The notes under the pieces: generated by a model
Told to the model about the DNA's origin: nothing
What the model saw: only the letters and a program-made list of their open reading frames with translations
The model's database searches: none
Shown here: piece after piece, positions 22,002-33,000 of the stretch
Position numbering within the stretch: the first letter of the stretch is position 1
Layout of the letters: the number at the start of each line of letters is the position of its first letter
Assembly: GCA_965235115.1 (NCBI GenBank)
Contig: OZ249436.1
Span: 27,282,001 to 27,346,000 of the forward strand
DNA length: 64,000 nucleotides
Origin: Laetmonice hystrix
Taxonomy: Eukaryota
Reading direction: 5' to 3'
Program-made: the position numbers and the translations under genes

Positions 22002-22215
22002 GTACTCATTTTTCTTAGAGAGGACGATGTTTCGGTGCAGGACATAGTCAGACGTCTTCACTGCTGCCGTCAAACGGTGTACCGAGTATGGGTGAGGTAC
22101 CAACAAACTGGGGACCCATGAAAAATTAAACAGAAGTGGTCTTCCAAAGAAAACCACACCGATAGAAGATCGGCGTCTCCTGCGGACTGTCAGATTGTTA
22201 ACGCTTCTACCCAGT
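22002..22215 (+). pseudogene. Tc1-family transposase fragment (N-terminal HTH region)
   Basis: Manual translation VLIFLREDDVSVQDIVRRLHCCRQTVYRVWVRYQQTGTHEKLNRSGLPKKTTPIEDRRLLRTVR fits the Tc1 HTH + GRPR-like + TT..EDR pattern; no start codon and no DDE domain. Confidence 0.75.
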
Positions 22216-23236
22216 CAAGGTTCTGGAAGGCAGATGGTGCCATATACGCTATACATGTATTTCCAACTGTAAAAAAGAACATAGACTTCAGAACTTATTT
22301 TTAGTCTTAATTTTAAATGAGTGTAAAGAATAAATAAATTATTGTAACACAGCTCTCTCCTAACTGGACTCACATGTATACATTTCAATGTTGCAATACT
22401 TATGGCCAGTGAATGTATATTAGAATATGTGAATCTCTGATTAAAAACAGCGGTATCAGCTATCAATCATATTCCTTTACTTGTCAGAGAGTGGAATCGC
22501 TCGTGTGGAGAATAGATAATTGTACTGTTGGTTTGTTCAGGTTGCTACAATCGTCACAAACTGATTGAGTGAGTTTCTGACATGACTTGGTATCAATCAA
22601 AAGCAGAATCAAGGCAAAAGTAATGAGAGTGAGATCAATGTCGAAAGGAGATTCAGGTTTATTTGGCCCCAACCTGATTAAAATGAAGTCAATTTTGCTT
22701 ATAGTTGCTGTGCCAGTTTCAGGTGACCCCAACCCCACCTGTCGTTATTTGATAGACAAAAACAAAAGAAACTCTCCCATCTCTACTCAGTCGTGATCTA
22801 AAGAAACATATTAAAAGGACGGTGAGGATATGGATGACTTATAACACCTTCCTGTCATTCGCTGACTCCACACTGAGTCTGCCTTTATATGTACATCTAT
22901 ATACTGTACATGACAGCACCAATATAGTGGACACTGGTCACATGAAACGACATGGGAGCCTTGCTCCACAAGAATAATGCCATTAGCTGGGATTAGCTGG
23001 CATTATTCACTTAGTGTTGCTGAAGAATTGGGCCTAATAAGTGTCTAGTGTAATCAGCGGGGGATTAGAGGGCCTTAATACTCTTAGCGTGAGCCCCTCT
23101 GTGACTTAATCAGCGGCGGTCTGAGTGGCTGTATATAGACCGTATTCAGGTTGAGGGGGGTGCATTGGCGAGGATGCGGGAATATTTTGTAGGGGGGAGG
23201 TGGCCCAAATTACGGGGGCTGCCGTACATACTGTTA

Positions 23237-23336
23237 NNNNNNNNNNNNNNNNNNNNNNNNNNNNNNNNNNNNNNNNNNNNNNNNNNNNNNNNNNNNNNNN
23301 NNNNNNNNNNNNNNNNNNNNNNNNNNNNNNNNNNNN
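23237..23336. other. Assembly gap (100 N)
   Basis: Run of 100 n; true size unknown. Confidence 1.
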
Positions 23337-24110
23337 TTACAAAAATAAACGTTCTTATCATTTTGAAGATACGAGGCTCTATCATTAGTTGAAGAAATCT
23401 TTTAATTTTGAAGAGATGATTCTCTAGCGATATCTCCTGGACCTGCCTTGGATAATATATTAAGTTTTAACACCGGTGCTGCACAGAGGGTTGCATTCGA
23501 TATTGGGAAATATGTACGATGCCGTGTTTTAATCTTAGACAACCTAGTCTACGCTAAAAAAGGTATGGTAACTTTTAATCATATTTAACCGGTCCGTTTA
23601 CTATTTACTAGACTGTTAACGCTGATACGGTTGGTCAGAATATTGTGCAAACTACACCGTGTTAGATGTGGTCTGCCGTAGTGGACCATCATTCAAAATA
23701 TTAGACGCAAACACATTTGGAACAATCACTGAGACAAAAGAGCTGAGTTTGTTTCAAAGTTGATAGATAGCATATCGGGGGACGGTTTTCTTTTACACCA
23801 AGTGACCTTAAAACTCAGTCAAAGTCTTGCATCTTTTAATGGCTAGATGGACAGATCTTCAATATACACAACAAGAAATGATCCCAACGGATATAATTGG
23901 GGGTTGTGACCCTGGCGGCGTTTTGTTTTACGTACGTGACATAGATTCACGTTAATTTAGCCAAGTTGAAATTAATCATCAGTAGCAGTACATGTACAGT
24001 GGTCCCTCTCTTAAAGACCACCCCCTATAAGCGACCACCCGCCTCTAGCGACCACATTTCCATTGCATTAACCACTTCACACTATAATTCCACCCTTATA
24101 AGCGACCACA

Positions 24111-24861
24111 CAGGTGTCCCAATTTTATTATACCGCCCATTCAGGTTACTCCCCCGGTACGTTGAAGTTGGCCTAACTAACTTTAACATACCCCCCGGTA
24201 TGTTGAAGTTAGTTTCAAAGTACCGGGGGGGGGTAATCTGAAGTTAATTTCAATATACCCCATCCAGTTTCAGATTACCCCCCAATTTATTTAACTGAAT
24301 TTTGATTGTAGGAGCAGGAGTGGACTTTTTTTCTTTCAAGTGAGTCTATAGCTTTCTCCGTAATAGCAGTAAATCTGAAAAACGCTATGGGAGATGGTAC
24401 TACATACTATGGAGCATATACTATACATAAAAATTCTACACATCTGATTGTTTTTTGGACAGTAAACAATTTATATACTATATAATAATTATTATTTTAG
24501 ATCTTTACCAAATAACTGAAGGACTAAGCCTCCCAGCCGTTAAAATTACCAAGGTATAAAGTTGGAAAAGCAGATTGGCGAGTTTGCTGTCATAAGACAA
24601 GTGAGCCTGACTCAGAGTAAAAATAGGTACAGAATGCTTACCGAAGTTGAATGTAAAGGAGTCTTGGACTTATTGCATTGTTAATGGGGTTCATGTATCA
24701 CCAAACATTCTTTGTTCCAAGTTTTATTGAGTTATTAAAGGGGATGGAAGGGGGGTACTTCGAAATTAGGGGGGGGGGGTAATTTGAAATTAACTTCAGA
24801 TTACCGGTGGAGGTATGTTCAATGGGGGGGGGGGGGGGGTAATCTGAAATTGTTACACCGG
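24111..24861. mobile_element. Non-autonomous TIR element nested in the Tigger left arm
   Basis: Ends CAGGTGTCCCAATTT / AAATTGTTACACCGG; subterminal ttcagattacccc / ggggtaatctgaa repeats; CA on both flanks (possible 2-bp TSD); interrupts the host gcgacc motifs. Confidence 0.6.
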
Positions 24862-25327
24862 CACTAACGACCAGCGACCGGCATATCCCTGCACCAACTC
24901 CACTGGTCACCCCTTATCAGCGACCAGCCTTTGAGAATCAGCCAGCCGTGGCTAGTCATAACACTGTTGTCTCCCCATGCCCGCCTGCCTGGCACCCTGC
25001 TGACCCAACACCAACCCCCCCCCCCCCCCCCCCAACCCACTTCCATCCCACAATGGCCGGCCACGTGTCTCACCTTACCCGCCCGACTTCCATCACACAG
25101 CCCAACCTTCCATCACACTTTAAGCTAACGGTTTTGCTCCCCCTCCTACTACCATGCCTGTTGAAAAAACGGTATGTCACCAACTGGCTGGTTGAAGCAA
25201 CAAAATGTCTGAGGCAAACCAGACTCATGTATACACAGGTGCAGAGTACGATTTCCTACATATATGCCGTCTGACCAGGATCAGTCACCATTCAGATTCA
25301 ATCTCTATTGCTGGACACATCACAGAA

Positions 25328-26236
25328 ATGGCATCATCAAATCCTTCCAAGAAGAGAAAGTATCTCAGTTTGGACGCAAAGGTTAAAGTTATCCGCCTGA
25401 ATGAGAAGGGGGAGAGCGCCAGGCGTATTGCAACCGAGCTAGATGTAGGCAAGACCCAAATTGGCAACATTCTCAAGATGAAAGACAGCATTCTCAAGCA
25501 GTGGGAAGCAGGTACAAATGCAGAGAGGAAGGTCCTGCATGCGAGGCGTGTACTTTACTCAGACCTAAATGACAAGGTTTATGAGTGGTTTTGTGCAGTT
25601 AGGGCCAAGAACACACCTCTGACTGGGAAAATGCTACAGGAAAAGGCCATCCGCTTGTCAGTGGTGATGGGGTATGACGACTTCACTGCTAGCAATGGGT
25701 GGCTACACAGGTTCCAGACAAGGCACAATATCAAGTCTTCAGTTCTGAGTGGGGAAGCTGCAGATGTCAGTCAGGCTACAGTGGAAGAGTGGGCCGAACG
25801 TGTAAAAGACTTATGCCAAGGTTATGAACCCAAGAATATCTTTAATGCTGATGAAACCGGCCTTTTCTACCGTACTTTGCCGACGAGGTCTCTGGTCCAG
25901 AAGGGGCACAAGTGCAAGGGAGGGAAACTGGCAAAGGAGAGAGTTACAGTTTTGCTCCAACAGGCTGTCCCATCTACATGTACGTGTCTTGATGAAACTG
26001 AGGATTCAGTGAGCACGGATGAGGAGTCAAAGGAGATGGTTGCAGAAACTAGTCAACCAACCCCTAAAAAAGCGTGGCAGAATACAGTGCAGATTTTAGA
26101 CTTTGCTCTGAAACAGCAGAATACACAGATGCTGGACTGCGTTTACAAACTGCAAGACTTGCTAAAAGAAGAGTCTAGAAAAGCCGTAAATGAAATGAAA
26201 CAGACAAGACTAGAGTCTTTCTTTATAGAAAATTAA
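25328..26236 (+). CDS. pogo/Tigger transposase derivative, 302 aa: HTH_psq + CENP-B-type HTH + start of DDE + C-terminal tail; most of the catalytic domain deleted in frame
   Basis: KKRKYLSLDAKVKVI, VYEWF, FTASNGWLHRFQTRHNI, IFNADETGLF, GGKLAKERVTVLL, then an abrupt switch to an acidic tail ending KQTRLESFF. An upstream in-frame ATG at 25205 is also possible. Confidence 0.88.
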   Translation: MASSNPSKKRKYLSLDAKVKVIRLNEKGESARRIATELDVGKTQIGNILKMKDSILKQWEAGTNAERKVLHARRVLYSDLNDKVYEWFCAVRAKNTPLTGKMLQEKAIRLSVVMGYDDFTASNGWLHRFQTRHNIKSSVLSGEAADVSQATVEEWAERVKDLCQGYEPKNIFNADETGLFYRTLPTRSLVQKGHKCKGGKLAKERVTVLLQQAVPSTCTCLDETEDSVSTDEESKEMVAETSQPTPKKAWQNTVQILDFALKQQNTQMLDCVYKLQDLLKEESRKAVNEMKQTRLESFFIEN

Positions 26237-26456
26237 ATATTTTTTGTCTCTCTGAACTCAAACCGTGTCAAATTTTAGACTTTACTCTGCAACAGCAGAA
26301 TACTCAGATGCTGGACTGCATTACAAACTGCAAGACTTGCTAAAAAAAAGTCTAGAAAAGCGGTAAATACGGTAAATGAAATGAAACAGACAAGACTGGA
26401 GTCTTTCTTTAAATAAAATTAAATATTTATTGTCTCTCTAAACTGAAACTGTGTCA
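26092..26456 (+). repeat. Tandem duplication (~180 bp x2) of the transposase 3' end
   Basis: attttagacttt...cagacaagact.gagtctttcttta...gtgtca occurs at ~26092-26270 and ~26271-26456; the second copy has indels. Confidence 0.85.
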
Positions 26457-28281
26457 TGTTGTCATGTGGGGGGGGGGGGGGGGTTATTTGGCAAGAATAA
26501 CGCCATACGTGCCCCCCTCTTTGTCCCCTCCCTCTAACTGAAAAGTCGCCACCTAGTGTTAACTGTGTGTAGTTATCTCATATGTAGCCACCTGGTGGTA
26601 ACCATGCGTACTTAACGACCCCTCGTTTAGGCGACCACCCACCACTTGCGACCACTTTCTCTCCGCAGCAGGGGTGGTCGCTTATGAGGGGGACCACTGT
26701 ATTTTGAATTGTTCATATAGATTCTATATATAACTCAGTATTTTAGCTGTTCTGTTGGACATGGCCGTTTTAACAATGGTGTCATTCCTTGCTCTATGGT
26801 AGAATATAATCAAGTAACTCTCAGTAGGGGGTTGGGTGTTTTCATCTAAAATGATACACTGGTAGGCTAGCAGTATAGTAATTGATAACCCATTATTATC
26901 TGTGCATCCTGAGTTTGACTGCACGTAGAAAACAATTGCAAGATAGGTCTTGTGTCACTGCAGGGGGCATCTTGAACAGTTCGTATGAAATACTGGTTGC
27001 AGTTAAATTATCTTGAACGGCATCATTAATACCAACTCGAGTAATTTGATGCCAGAGTGCCAGAAAACACACCGTCAAAAAGGCGGTTAATTGAAATCGA
27101 ACACTTTTGAAGAGCTACAAATACAAGATATGTGTTACAGATATACGGTAGGTTAAATAAGAATGTTGACACATGTTATATTCTTTAGTATAAGAACAGT
27201 GTGCCTTACTGAATGTCAGCAGGTTTAGTATACACAAGTACCAATTACTACTGGTAAAAACGCACAATGTTTTTATATAAAGGAACGACTGAATTCTGTT
27301 TTGACTGAATTTTTAAACATGAAAAACTCAAAACACTTTGGGAAGCAGACTAACAGCTGCATATCTTATGCCCAGTTCCACATGACAGGAAAGGTAACAG
27401 GTGGGACCAATCAGAATTAGATTGGACACCCAGTGTATTTGATTGGTACGTTTACTGTTCGGGTATAGATCTCACTCCTACGCGTGCTATAAATGTTTCA
27501 ACCGCGAGAATAGAAGATGCAGTGTGGCACATGACTGAAATGAGAAATACGTGCTCAGTAGACTGCTGGTATTTAGATGGTGTCCTTTGTAGCTTTCCGA
27601 ACTCGATCTGGGGTAACATGATTATTATACACTGAAAAGTTCAACTGTGGTTCTTTTTGATTGCATAGGCTTGAATTTCATGTGGAGTGTTTCCGTTTGG
27701 CATTCATGATCCATTTCCCATTTTAATATCTTTTTTTTTCAGAAGGATTACGTTACATTTAGTGTATATGGTCAGCGATTGCCAATAGTCAGGTTCAGTA
27801 TCACAAGCAGTACATTTCTTCATTCACAGAGACGTGCCAGTGAAAACATGCCCAACAAACAAACGCTTGATTATTGCCAGGTTCTTCAGAAGCTTTAGAA
27901 ACACCGTAATTCCTTTTCATCTTTTAATCGAGTCACTGCCCAATCATGACACACTATCCCAAACTCGATCAAAAACAAACCCGGGAATCCAGATATTTTT
28001 ACAGGCCCGTAGCCAGGACTTCCAAAGGGGTGGTTCGTTGGGGGAGGAACCTTTTTGAAGGAATAGACTATTATTTTATTATTTTAGGTGAAAATATACT
28101 TAGGCCTACAAACAGAGCTTGCAGTGAAGGCGGGTTTGCTCTCCACGGAAAACTGACAAGAAAATAAAATTGCCCTGTATACTTCTTTGCACAAAAAGTG
28201 GACCTCTTATCCTCGATTGTACGCTTTAGTGTGACGATTAATGTTTATCCGTCTGATGTATAAGGACATAGCTCTGCCGAC

Positions 28282-29292
28282 TAATATAGGAAACTGGTCA
28301 GAGGACAGAGAGTGTTCCAGGGGTAATTGGTGGTCATCACTGTAATATAGGAAACCGGTCAGAGGACAGAGAGTGTTCCAGGGGTAATTGGTGGTCATCA
28401 CTGTAATATAGGAAACCGGTCAGAGGACAGAGAGTTTTCCAGGGGTAATTGGTGGTCATCACTGTAATATAGGAAACCGGTCAGAGGACAGAGAGTGTTC
28501 CAGGGGTAATTGGTGGTCATCACTGTAATATAGGAAACCGGTCAGAGGACAGAGAGTTTTCCAGGGGTAATTGGTGGTCATCACTGTAATATAGGAAACC
28601 GGTCAGAGGACAGAGAGTGTTCCAGGGGTAATTGGTGGTCATCACTGTAATATAGGAAACCGGTCAGAGGACAGAGAGTGTTCCAGGGGTAATTGGTGGT
28701 CATCACTGTAATATAGGAAACGGGTCAGAGGACAGAAAGTGTTCCAGGGGTAATTGGTGGTCATCACTGTAATATAGAAAACCGGTCAGAGGACAGAAAG
28801 TGTTCCAGGGGTAATTGGTGGTCATCACTGTAATATAGGAAACCGGTCAGAGGACAGAGAGTGTTCCAGGGGTAATTGGTGGTCATCACTGTAATATAGG
28901 AAACCGGTCAGAGGACAGAGAGTGTTCCAGGGGTAATTGGTGGTCATCACTGTAATATAGGAAACCGGTCAGAGGACAGAGAGTGTTCCAGGGGTAATTG
29001 GTGGTCATCACTGTAATATAGGAAACCGGTCAGAGGACAGAGAGTGTTCCAGGGGTAATTGGTGGTCATCACTGTAATATAGGAAACCGGTCAGAGGACA
29101 GAGAGTGTTCCAGGGGTAATTGGTGGTCATCACTGTAATATAGGAAACCGGTCAGAGGACAGAGAGTGTTCCAGGGGTAATTGGTGGTCATCACTGTAAT
29201 ATAGGAAACCGGTCAGAGGGAGTCATCACTGTGATATAGGAAACCGGTCAGAGGACAGATCTAGTGTTCCAGGGGTAATTGGTGGTCATCAC
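28282..29292. repeat. Minisatellite, 61-bp unit, ~16 copies
   Basis: Unit taatataggaaaccggtcagaggacagagagtgttccaggggtaattggtggtcatcactg; very homogeneous. Confidence 0.97.
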
Positions 29293-29781
29293 GGTGAGCA
29301 TCCACAGTGTGACAGTCAGGGCACTTTTAGCGTAAAATGTCGAAAGGATATAACAATGTGTTGAAGATGTTGAAGATGGAGAACTAATAGGCAAGACAAC
29401 ACATGAAGCGCCATAATCGTAAATGATGAATCAATTTGCCTTCACTGGGAAGTGGAACCGGGGATACTTACCGGGTAGTCAAGTGTGAGAGGTTAAATTT
29501 CATAAAGTAAAGTACATATTGAAGGATAATTAACTCTATCTGGTGTGGTTTTATTTGAAAGAAATTATTTGTAAAATGCAGTCATGTAGTAAAATGCAGT
29601 CATGTAGTAAAATGTTCAATGAATAGTTAAAAAGGAAATGGGCTTTTTATTTGCTTTGTCCATTTCTTTTCATTTTATTTGCATAGAGGTGGATGGTCTT
29701 TCTATCTCTGAGATCTTAATACACGATTAATTACCGTAGTTCGGGTCGCTACACGCCTTTTATCATTGATCATATCAGAAC

Positions 29782-30035
29782 CTTATCTCTCACGTTTAGC
29801 CTATACCTGCGCCCCACCCCCACACGGCCAAACTTTATCTCTCACGTTTAGCCTATACCTGCGCCCCACCCCCACACGGCCAAACTTTATCTCTCACGTT
29901 TATAGCCTATACCTGCGCCCCACCCCCACACGGCCAAACTTTATCTCTCACGTTTAGCCTATACCTGCGCCCCACCCCCACACGGCCAAACTTTATCTCT
30001 CACGTTTAGCCTGCGCCCCACCCCCACACGGCCAA
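29782..30035. repeat. Minisatellite, ~52-bp unit, ~5 copies
   Basis: Unit ctttatctctcacgtttagcctatacctgcgccccacccccacacggccaaa. Confidence 0.92.
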
Positions 30036-33000
30036 CGGTCCCCGTGACCTCCTAATGGGACCTGTTAAACGACCAGTAACCTCCCGCCGTGCCGCTCCAG
30101 CGTAAAGCGAGGTCCCCTAGCCGATAACCCCCCGCTGTGTCCTGGGATCAGTTGATGTGGCCGACAACGATGCTGGATTCGATCTGTTGTGATTCTCTAT
30201 ACCAGACAAACACTGAACCCAAGTTACACGCTCGTGATTTCAAAGGTCGCTGTTAGACATGTACAACCCTAACATTCGACCTCGGGCCAGCCGGAATATC
30301 GGTGGCGGGTGGCGTGAAGAACAAGTTTGACGGTGTTTGGGTGATGTCAGAGGGCAAGGCAAGGGGCTGAGATTGGGGAGGAGGGTGTGTGTGTAAGGGG
30401 TGGGAGACATGTGAAAGGGGGCAAATCGGGGGCCGTGTTTGTACGGCCGCCCGGGAGTGGTGCTGTGTCAGCTTGCATAATGCAACTTAATAGCAGTTAT
30501 CTGGTGGTGACACAGAGGGGGAATTGGCGACTAATTAGCCGGTGAGGTGTAGGCCGAGTGCCTATCACTGACAGCCGGTTGATACAGTGCGTGCTGCCAC
30601 ACCAGCCCCGGGGGTGGTGGTGGCCGTGTGAAGGGGGGGGGGGATGTAGTTTTCCTGCTCCTCCTCTCACACTCGCAACAACCCCTTCTCTCCCCCAGCC
30701 ACCACCACCGGCACCATCACTACCAACCGACTGCATGGCGGAGGGGGAGGGGCGACGACACTTAAAGGGCCGCACGGACTATCACAACTCAGGGGTGGGG
30801 AGGGGAAGTCGACCCGACCGACCTATAACAGCGGTCGCTGCCTGTCGCCGCCCGTACACTACTGCATTATACAACGTCTCACCCCTGGTCACTAGGGCAT
30901 AGTCGGCGTGGCTGCTCAGGCTGACTATAAACTTCCCCTGATTACACCGAGACAGCTTGTGTCAGCTTACAGCCAGCCGGAAAGCAGCATTTCAATAATG
31001 CACAAGTGCCAGAGGGTGACTTATTCATACACTATATATGTTCCTAAAGGCAAGCAAGCCGTGTAGTATTTCAGAGTGACAGACATCTCAGTGTATGGAG
31101 TGTAAATGAAAAAGGACACGCTCTTCTTGTGTCAGCGGCCGCTCTCTTAAAAGTGCCAACAGGAATTCATTCAGAGACAGGAAATAGTCATTGAGGCAAG
31201 CTTTGGCTCCGGAGCTCAGTGACATTTTCCCACTGGACTGGACTGGACTGATAAACTAGATATTTGTCAGAATAAGCGCCAAAGTTTCCCCAAAAATAGG
31301 AGGTAGTTGATTCAGAGCGTAATGTCACATTATGACTGTGTTATGTTCTGTACTTACGGATAGAAAATAATTCACAGTAGGCCTACGCTTAATTGTATTT
31401 TGGCACTGCATTTATGCAACTCTTACTGAAGCAACCCCAAAGAAGCCATTATTGCAATATCACAGTTCCCTCGTTCTTTATGCTTGGGAAAAGTATAAAC
31501 TCATTATGTTTTGGTCATAGGAATGTACTTTAGATTGTACTGCATAACCCTAAAATAGTATGTAGTATACTGGCAAGAAAAAGGAGAGGATAGTATGTAG
31601 TATATTGGCAAGAAAAAAGAGAGAGGCTTTTATTTCTGTTACCCAGCTTCCAAGAGAAAAGGCCTGCTGCTTTGGTAACAGAGCTCTACTTGTATTATTC
31701 ACCGCTAGAGGGCAGCACTGATTTCTGCTGGGCCCATGCGGACAACGCCATGTTTGGGCCCATGCTGACAACGCCATGTTGACAACCCTAAGCATCCGTC
31801 TTTCCAGCAAAACCCTTTTTCGGCAATTCATCATGTGTCAAAGAAAAACACTGTAAAATCTGCCTGTGAGAATTAAAGTTGGAAAAACAATTTGAGCTGG
31901 TTGGAATGGACTTTTGTCTCACTAAGATGAAGGGTATAGAAAGGAGTTTCTGGTTGTCTGTGCGGCCACCGGGTGTATCTGCAGGGCCTTCCCCCCTAGT
32001 GATTGTTCTAGAAACTATAGACACCTTCATCATTATTTCTGGTGCCTCCCAGCCGTTCTGGTTAACACAGTGTATGGATCTTGAGGAAATTCAGTGTTCA
32101 TTCAATTTTAAGGGAAAAGAGAACAGGTTCTACCAGTATGAAACTGATTTTGTTAACTCATTCTGATTGTGGGAAACACTGGTCTCACATTTTGACTTGA
32201 ACAACTATGAGCCTATATTAGCTGCATGTCGGCCTACATATGGCCTGTCTCAAAAATAACACCCCGTCTGAAAAGAAGACATGCTGAAAATTCAGTGAGG
32301 TTACCGTTTAAACTGTGGATGACTCGAATGATTTCACAATAAAGAGGATGCCATAGCTCATCTCTGGTACAAATATCGGCCTTCTTGGACATATCTTTCC
32401 ATTATAAACAAACATTTACAGAGAGCTAAATGTCAGGAGTGTTACGCTTTTTGTGTAAGATTTTGTGCACTTTAAATTTGTGGTATGTCCTACAATAATG
32501 TCAACTTTGTTATGTTTATGATGTTTATAATCGGGGGCATTAATTTTGAGACAGGTCATTTCCTGACTCAGTATTGAACCCCATCGCCCCCATCCCCCAC
32601 CCGTTATTTTTAAAACCCCACACACCCTCCAATGAGGACGAGGACCGGCCTACGATGACAACCAAGCGGCCACCGGAAGAGTTTGCCGGGGTTCCTCGGG
32701 AGTTTTTCTCAGTCGTTGAGACAACCACTCCATGAGTTTTAACACTGAGTGAGACAAGCTCCATTCGAATGTTCTTACTAAGACTGTCGGTTTCTGCCTA
32801 GCGTGCTGCTGATGAGAACCGGTTAAAATGTTTTCCTTTGAAGCGCTGCTACGAGAAGAGTAAGAAACCATTTTTCATTCACCAAAGTCCTTCACGAGTT
32901 TGAAGTATACTGTTAAATTTAAATGGAAGACGTTTTACCAGCAGGCGCTTGCTTCCATGTTGGGCATTTCACCTAATGGACTTTTTACAGATTTTTATAA

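Larger units (their letters stand above)
23997..26699 (+). mobile_element. pogo/Tigger DNA transposon, internally deleted, TA TSD
   Basis: TA|CAGTGGTCCCTCTCTTAAAGACCACCCC ... GGGGTGGTCGCTTATGAGGGGGACCACTG|TA; subterminal gcgaccac motifs; transposase-derived ORF inside. Confidence 0.92.
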
